This document shows positions 1-64,000 of a stretch of 64,000 nt of DNA, in pieces. The stretch comes from Podarcis tiliguerta (taxonomy: Eukaryota): NCBI GenBank assembly GCA_965153285.1, contig OZ229110.1. One strand, 5' to 3'. Under the pieces are notes generated by a model that worked only from the letters and a program-made list of their open reading frames with translations, was not told the origin of the DNA and searched no databases. The translations under genes were made by a program, and so were the position numbers. Position 1 is the first letter of the stretch. Every line of letters starts with the position of its first letter.

Positions 1-643
1 CATACCTTTTATTGTACATTTCTTAAATATTATTCTAAGGTTGTGCTGAGAATAACTTACTAGGAAGTTCCAATAAAATTAATGGGGCTTCTTTGTGATT
101 ACACATGTACAGTATTGCACTATAAATGTATTTTTTAATGTACAGTAGCTCCAAGTATGCTTCACGTGCACTTCATTTACAGAAATTTTGAATTATTAAA
201 ATGTAAGTTAAATGTATTTTCAGAACTATTCAGCTCACTACTCGCTGAAAATTCTGGCATGCATTAATTTGGACCTTTCTGACTTTTGAATTTTCCCCTT
301 TCTTAATGTCAACTGTTACTTATCACCTATTTGTCCCTTAAAAGCCAGGCTGAGTAGCTGTGCTTAAATTCATTTTGGAATTGAAATTATTGAGAGTGCT
401 AATACATTTTCTGCATTACAAAGGCTAAATTAAAGTACTCTGAAAGAAATGCTAATTGAATCTCTTGTTCAGATTATGACGCATCATTGATCTTACTTGA
501 AATATTATGCTTTTAATGTTTCTTTCATCCACAACACTGTTCACAGCATGTAGCATTTTATTTTTCACTACTTGTATTTCTATTCTTGAAGTTCCATAAA
601 TTAACTTAAATGCTAGCATAGTATTTTTCTCCTTTCGCTATAA

Positions 644-56493
<55,850 letters not shown>

Positions 56494-56506
56494 TAGGTTT
56501 AACCTT

Positions 56507-56614
56507 CCACTTAATGCTGCGCATTTTGTGACATCATTTCAGGCCACAGTTCATTGGTTCACATCATGCACATCCATATACATTTCACAATTTATACTTA
56601 ATCTCAGGGTTCAT
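56507..56614 (+). promoter_or_regulatory. Putative NOVA-type intronic splicing element (YCAY cluster)
   Basis: Nine YCAY tetramers in 108 nt directly downstream of the extra exon. Confidence 0.55.
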
Positions 56615-57730
56615 TTGTGCAATAAAATGCAGCTTTTGTGTAGTCTTGCTAATGAGTGTATTCAAATAGTGTCAGATATGCTATTGCTATATTATTAGGA
56701 CAGGATATTATACTACTATTTATCTACATAATGACAATAAGGTGACATGTCAGGTGGTTCATAAATAAGTCTATATTTAAATAGCTTGAAGTTTATAAAA
56801 ATGCCAAACTACACATAAATACATCATTTGATATTCTAAAACCTTACCCTTTAATTCTACAATGTACAGATTAATTGAACAAGGATAGCAGACAGTTTGT
56901 CAGCTGTTGGAAGTGATAAACATCTTAATCAATGTAATAGAAAAGAATTTTTAAAGCAATTACTCCAAACAACAACAAATTAGAAGATCTGCCTTATCTC
57001 TTTACTATGTACAATTTATCTTCATTTATTGCCAGCTTTTAATCACAATTCAGATATGAAGCTACACTTGTCTTGTGCAACAGGAAAATAAATTATCTTG
57101 AATTCGAAACTCTCATTTCTACTGAGACTAGGTGCAATCCCACACTTAATTAAGTATGCTTAAACCAAGTGATAGAAATAAGCATAACCATACACTGTGT
57201 TTTGTGGGCATAATTTAGGGCCGCCCCATAATAAAAGCAACCTTTTATTATGGTGGGGCCACTTTGGTCCCCTAATGTTTGAAAGCTGCTTCCCATTTGG
57301 ATTGCCTGAGGAGCATGGAGAACCTTACACACAATGTGCTTGTGCCAATCCATACACTTAAAACAGAGCATATGCAATGTAAAGCTCCTGCTACAAATAA
57401 ACAGTTCTCTAAGTTGGCCATTTTAATTTTTCGCAGTTCAAACGTTCTGCCAGCAGCATGCTGGACGTATGGCATGTCAAGTTTCTCTTTCTTTTTTTAT
57501 ATATGGATCTCCTTTGTGTACAGACTATCAGGGAAGAAGTTTAGGAAGAAAAAGGTTCTGTTTTTAAGATGTGAACTAGACATTATTTAACATGTTTGGC
57601 ATCTAGGGTGTGCTATGTAATGTATCCCCCAGCATAAATCTTACTTTTCCTTTGAGTTTTTCCTGCCAGAGTATTTTGTGTACCCATTCGCTATTTTATT
57701 TGCAAGTATTTGCTTATGTCAAGTGCACTT

Positions 57731-57820
57731 ACAGTGCAATCCTATATATATCTACTCAAAAGTAAGCCCACAGAGTTCAATGGGACATACTCCTAGTCAA
57801 GTGTGTATAGGATTGTAACC
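57731..57820. repeat. Short palindromic interspersed repeat (caatcctat...agtaagcccac.gagttcaatgggac.tact...ataggattg)
   Basis: Degenerate copies also near 43975-44045, 48675-48745, 51255-51320 and 27425-27475. Confidence 0.55.
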
Positions 57821-59624
57821 TTTGTGGTTGTTGACTGTTCTTAACTCTTTTAAAGTTATTTTTAATAATAAATAAAGCCCACTATATAGAATACTTTATC
57901 AAGAGTGATACTATTGTTTTATTTCAGGAACCTTTTCAACCTGTGGGCCACATTCTCTTATAGGGAAACTTTCCAGAGACCACATGCCAGTGGTGGATGG
58001 GGTCAAAGAGGGTGAAACCATGAATGCAACTCTTACCTTTCAGCAGCAGGCTGCATTCCAGCTACACAAACACTACACTTGGTCTAGAGATATATGAACC
58101 AGGCAGGAGGGCTGGGTGATATCTGGTTTTTGAACAGATATCTTTGTAGGGGCATTGGCAGGCTTAACGGTTCCCCCCCACATCCTAATTTTTGCTGGTG
58201 CCTGCTCTTGTGATTCTCTCCCTGCTGCAAGAGGCAGGGAAGAGCTGGGCAAGCAGAGTTAACAGGGGCTGCAGGAATCAAAATCTCATAGTTTCCCCCA
58301 CATTGTGACTTTTGCATAGCACACACGTCATGATTCATTATATACTGCTAGATCAAAGAAGATCATGGCATGGACTTCAAACTGGTTTTGGATAATATAT
58401 TGATATATCGCCCAGCCCTACCAGGCAGGAAGCACTGGATGCATTCCACACAGCCAAACGGACTCAATAAGGATGTGGAGTAGAACTGGGGTGAGGGGCA
58501 TGTCCTGAGGAAGTGGCGTGGCCAGGCAGAAAGGTATGGAGGGCTACTTTCAGTTCTTGAGCTCTAGGGTGTTCACTCCTATTTTATTTGCAGTAGCTCC
58601 CAGTATTTTGCCATGACTGGAAGCATAAGCATGACAGAGTCTGGGAAGTTTTAAGGGATATTAAGCAAGGAATATATTCCTAAAAGCTGGAGGTCACATA
58701 GAAGGATAGATAGATCCCTCCCCAACACAGCAGGTCTTAATAAGATAATTTTAAAAGTAACTATAAACCAATTGGGCACCTTTCCTAGAAAATGGAAGGA
58801 GTATTCCATCAAAGAATAGAACTGCAAAGGTTATATAAGATCACAGTTTAGGATTCCACTGCTTAAATTTGATATTTTTCAAGTCATACAAAAAAAGTAG
58901 CAATGCTGAATTTAAAAATCCATCTTAAGGCTAAGGCCAGCCGAAATATCACAGAATAAAGTCTGCTGCCTCTTCTCACATTCTGTCTTAAGATTTACCA
59001 AACCACAGTCTGAGATCCATGGCTTTATCACCAGCCACTTACCCATCCCCCAACCCTCTTGCTTTGTTACTCTAGCCTGATGAAGATTTCTGGAAAACTC
59101 ATAAGCTTGCACACTACTCTGCGACATTTTGGCCTAATAAAGGCACTGCCCTAAGATGAGTTAAGAGGTTTATTATTGAATCTCATAGAATGTTGTCTTT
59201 CATTATCTGTTCTTTATAAAATGATATGTAAACTGGCAATATTGAGTTATACTTCCTCTTTGAATCTAAAAACAACAAAAAGGTTCTCTAATATGGTTCA
59301 TCTAAACATACGTTGCTGCCCAAATAAATCCAAGGCACACAGATCCAAAGTAGACCAATCTGTCTGTCTCCCTTATAAACATTGTAATTGCTTCCTGAAG
59401 CATCACCATCATTTTACATTAACCAGCTCATTTCATTTGTCCTTAGCCATATCATCCTGAAGATATAAATCTACTCTACTCGAAAAAGGTTGAAGACCAA
59501 CCAAGACGCATTAGTTACCTAATGTAATCAAAAACAGAAAATGATCTTGGACGTAATCTTAATTATCTTAGACTGAACTCATTGGGACCTGCTGTTCAGT
59601 GGATATGTACAGGACTGCCCCACT

Positions 59625-60419
59625 TTGCGTGTCGAGGTCCCACAAGCCACCCCCAAATAATTCACAATTCACACATAATTTTTGTTTAAGGTTTTTGGCA
59701 TAATTTTGGCCACAAATTTATTAAAATACATAAAAGTGAGTGGTTGCTTAGGCATTGGTTCCGGCTATCTGTCACCGCCATCGGGACAGGACTGACTTCC
59801 GGATTCCAGCAAAAGCCAGTTGGGGAAAGCAATATTGGGGAGAACATGGAGCCGGGCACCAGACCCTCACCTCCTCCCTCATGCTCCCAGGGGCTCACGC
59901 AGCCCAAGCCCCAACCAGGGATTTGGATGAAAGGATGGCAAGCCCCTAGATTCCTTTAACAGAATGCCCTTGCAGCAGCAGCATTGGAGGGGCAGGCACC
60001 GCCAATCTATACCCCTCCACCAACCAATTTTTTAACCAATGCCTAACCACAACCTTACAAGTTGTGATGATTTGCTACACAGTAGGCAAAAACCATCAGC
60101 CAACTGGACAAAATTCCTACCAGGCCCCTGTCCCAAAAGCAGACGACCCCATGACAGGCATAGCAAGGTCAACGCAAAGACCAATACCTAGGGAGGGTGG
60201 GCGGGTGTTCCGATGCACGCAGTAAAGAGAACAGTCAGTGCTGCGTATTTTACATTTAAAACCTTTTAGTCCTTCCCCTTAATTGGCAACATCAAAATTT
60301 CCCTAGAAACAGGAAACTACCCAATCCTTGCTAATGGCTATCCAAACGATCCTGCCCAGCAACAAGGGGGTGGCGTGCCAGACCCCACCGCAACACGTGC
60401 TCTCCAGAAAGGAGAACAC
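59625..60419 (-). mobile_element. LTR-like repeat, copy 2
   Basis: Reverse complement shares tgttgcggtg.g.tctgg and ggaacacc.gcccacc...ttgaccttgctatgcc with copy 1. Confidence 0.65.
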
Positions 60420-61371
60420 ACTAAATCAGTAGATTGCTCAGATATCAGTGAATCTCAAATATACGCAAAACACTCCTTTTATGAATGCCACTTTACTTAA
60501 GTACACTGCAGAATGGCAAAATGCCGTCAGTGCTTCAGCCTACAATGTGGATTGAATGATTGAATGTTTACCCTTAAAAATGGATATGGCTCTTGCAGAA
60601 AGCCATTGTTCTCATCAAACAATTAAAATTTTATGAATGATATGAAACATCCATATGCATTCATCTATACCTCTGTCAAGTGAGAACAGAACTGTACAAT
60701 ACAACAACAATCACTAATATTTTCTTAACCGTTTCACAGTCAGTGGATTCTTTTGAAAAATGCTACTCTGCAGCATACTGAACCATAACAAGTTTATAAG
60801 AACATTTTAAAATTAAACAATATTATCAAAAATATTTTGATTTTTTTCTTCAAAATCTTTAAAATGTACAATTTTTAGTCTAGAGTTGGCACACACCTTT
60901 TCCCAGCATTAATTCTGCAGAATCTTTTCAGATAACACCAATCACAAAACTCTGTTTCTGTAAGCACTGACTCAAGGGAATCTATGAATATATTTCAGAA
61001 AATTATTTTAAGGATAAAATGCTCTAATCATGTGATTGCAGTATGTAAATAACAGGTTGGATTCAAAAGGTTCCCTTGCTCTTGCAGAGGAAGCTTCTTT
61101 TGTTTGAAAAAAAGGAACCTTTACATTTAGCCCAGTGGCCAGATCTGCACTTTATTGCTGCAGGGAGTTTTTGCAAATTTCCTCTTCTTCTTACCCCCCC
61201 CCCGCACCCTCTAAAACTCTGCTCTGGAGGGAGATCCTACAGTAAAGTGTTGGAAGTAACATTGTGAGGGGAATACAAGGCAAGGATAGCACCATTACAA
61301 GGAACCCTTCGCTGCAACTAGTCTTCTGATTACAGAAAGTGGTCTAAACCACAACCAACAATTCTAATATA

Positions 61372-61631
61372 CCCATATTTTTCGCTCTATAAGACGCACC
61401 AGACCACAAGACGCACCTAGTTTTTGGAGGAGGGAAACAAGAAAAAAAATATGCTGAATCTCAGAAGCCAGAACAACAAGAGGGATCGCTGCACAGCGAA
61501 AGCAGCAATCCCTCTTGCTGTTCTGGCTTCTGGGATAGCTGCGCAGCCTGCATTCGCTCCATAAGACGCACACACATTTCCCCTTACTTTTTAGGAGGGA
61601 AAAAGTGAGTCTTATAGAGCAAAAAATACGC
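61372..61631. mobile_element. Tc1/mariner-type MITE with internal hairpin
   Basis: TIR tatttttcgctctataagac / gtcttatagagcaaaaaata, TA on both flanks. Confidence 0.8.
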
Positions 61632-62421
61632 TACTTTATTTGAGAATTTTAGTTTTTATTACATATATGAAGTCTTCATTAACAGTGAAAAAGACAGGGG
61701 AAAGAGGAATGAAAGATATAGGACAAGTGTGTGAGAACAGGTACTATTGTTCATGAGCAAGTAAAGCAAGGGCTTTACTTTATGCACAAAGTTCTCAACA
61801 TTTCACCCTCTAATGCAGATTTTGAGAAGAGGAAAACAGAATTCATTTTTAATCTTATCCACACTTCACCATTACAGGGTTGGTTACAGCAATTTATAAT
61901 TCAATATTCTTTTAAAAAAAATAATAGTTCAAAAATAATTACAGACAGAGGAATACGGCGGGACCTAAAATATATGTCTGAAGGGTCAAAGGCCAGAGTA
62001 GAGAGATGTGTCTTCAGCATACAAAGGTACCTTTGACCCAACCAATCCTTCACACTAGGAGAAGCCAGTGCAAGAGATCCCACTAGTGCAACAGGAGTTC
62101 TCCCTGTGCACCTCCACACCTCCCCCAGGTCCATTCTGGAGGGTCAAGAGAACCGCCAGAACAACATGCAGGAGGACAAAAAGGAGACTTAATGATTGTG
62201 CATAAATGTGCTTAAAGAAAGAGCAGATGAATTCCTCCTTATATAACAAAGGTGCCAGATGTACCTCCATAGGGAGAGAATGCCACAACTGCCACAGATG
62301 ATGTCTTCACCTGGCCACGCAAATCCCTGCACCCTTCAAAAAACAAACACTACTGAGGGCAGTGGGCTTAAAATTCGTTTTGTTGTAAATGGACTCCTTC
62401 AGGCAGGGATTAAGTTGAAGA

Positions 62422-62422
<1 letters not shown>

Positions 62423-62461
<39 letters not shown>
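62423..62461. repeat. (AAT)n microsatellite
   Basis: Read directly. Confidence 0.95.
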
Positions 62462-63639
62462 GAGTAGGGCCCCTCTATTGATCTTAACCCACAAGAGCGT
62501 CTGCAGGGAATGATCTGGTATTTCAGATATTTCGGGCTTAATTTGTTTAGGGCTTTAAACACTCATAGGAGCACCTTGTATTGGCCCCAGAACCAAACTC
62601 GCAACCAATCCAGCTACCATTAAGCACTTTCAGGAATAGTTATGATATGGGTAGACATCCTATGGTAATTAATAGGAGATAGAAATGTTAGTCTTAGCTA
62701 GATTTGTGCCCAATGTGTTCACCATTTATAATAATAATGCAATAATAATTTATAACCAGCCACCCGATTTCACTGTTTTCAAAGTTAAGGTACTAAGATT
62801 TGACATATGAAAGATTTTTCTCCAAAATAAGGTTCTGTGATTTACAGCACATCCACAGATAGATGGACATATTTCTTCTACTGCCGCCATACTACAATAT
62901 GTCATTTCCCCTGTTTTTGAGTATTTGCAGCCTTCACCATTCAAAGGTGTTGAAATGATTATTGCTAGTACTAGGAACATAGTCTGCTAATTATAATAAT
63001 AAATAGCTACTCTGGCTTTAATTATTATTTTTCAACGTTAATTTAGGCTACATAGTATGATTTTTCTGCTTTTCTGTTTTGTGTTGTCATCACGTGTGGA
63101 CTCAGCACATGTAGTATGCTATTACAAATGGTGTTTTATTTATCACCTGTGAAATCTAAATGTTATTGTAAACTATAGTGATATTTGCTGCACTGTACTT
63201 TATGGATTTTTAAAGCAAGAAATATAACCTTGTATGTTTTCAGTTAAGTGTACAAATATTCCAGAAACAAGTTTAGAACTTAAAATCAGGAAGCACTGTA
63301 TCACATACATCAGTGCTAAATTAGTTGTGGTATTATGACTTATAGCCAGCACAATTTAAAGAAAGTAGCAAGTTATTTATGTGTGTTGCTCCATAGCAAT
63401 GAATCTGTTGCCATCAAGCATAAGTAACATGTAAACTGTCCCATATAAGCTACAAATATGTAAATAATTTTAAAAATTTGTATTTTCAGAAATTGGGCCA
63501 GATACTCACTGCATACAAACACTTTCATATTTCTTCACTGGAATGTATCCAAACTTTTACTATATTTAGCTTTTTATCTTCTCAACTCTCTTATACCAAA
63601 GTATGCTTCCAAAAACCATAGTTTCTGTCTGATGGTCTA

Positions 63640-64000
63640 TTGCACCCCGAGGCCCCCAAGCCCTTCCACAAGTAAATAACTTCACACTGACACGTAGTCA
63701 GTGTCAGTTGTTAAGTTAATGGGCAAAATTTTGGCCACAGCTATATTGGTTACAGCAAAGTGAGCGGTATTGCCTTAGGCACTGACAAACTATCACTGAC
63801 TCCTGCCCTCCCAGCAGGGAGTCTGAAAGGGTAAATGCCAAATGAGGGCGCAACATGGATGAAGACCAACAAAGCTCACCCCGGGGTTCCTGTGGTCCTG
63901 GCATGGCCCTAGCCCCTCAAGCGGACTTCGGACGAGATCCAGGACCCCCAGATTCCTTTACCAGAATACCCTTATTCATGGATGGGCAGGTGATAGCCGC
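63640..64000 (-). mobile_element. LTR-like repeat, copy 3 (runs off the window)
   Basis: aattttggccaca, aaagtgag.ggt...cttaggca.tg and ccc.agattcctttа-type blocks colinear with copy 2. Confidence 0.6.

Overview
Vertebrate (squamate, most likely lacertid lizard, inferred from its Sauria-type and Squam3-type SINEs) genomic DNA carrying an internal part of LRP1B on the + strand. I read 31 coding exons (648..56492, 4324 bp, all GT-AG, phases join in one open frame). In order they encode YWTD beta-propeller 7, an EGF repeat, ligand-binding cluster IV with 12 LDLa repeats (LRP1 has 11), EGF repeats, the last YWTD propeller with the furin-site region, and the membrane-proximal EGF array. Thirty exons match human exons ~57-86 (numbering and human sequence recalled from memory, not looked up). 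The transmembrane exon lies beyond the window. Introns hold Sauria SINEs, tRNA-derived SINEs, Tc1/mariner and hAT MITEs, L2/CR1 fragments and LTR-like repeats. Best leads: (1) an extra in-frame 114-bp EGF exon, absent from canonical human LRP1B as I recall it, followed by a dense YCAY (NOVA-type) cluster; (2) loss of the P4 arginine at the furin site (GERR instead of REKR); (3) a rearranged intron with a duplicated donor site and a near-perfect 39-bp hairpin; (4) a three-copy LTR-like family with non-canonical ends. No prokaryotic system or CRISPR array is present, and almost all ORFs in the supplied track are spurious.
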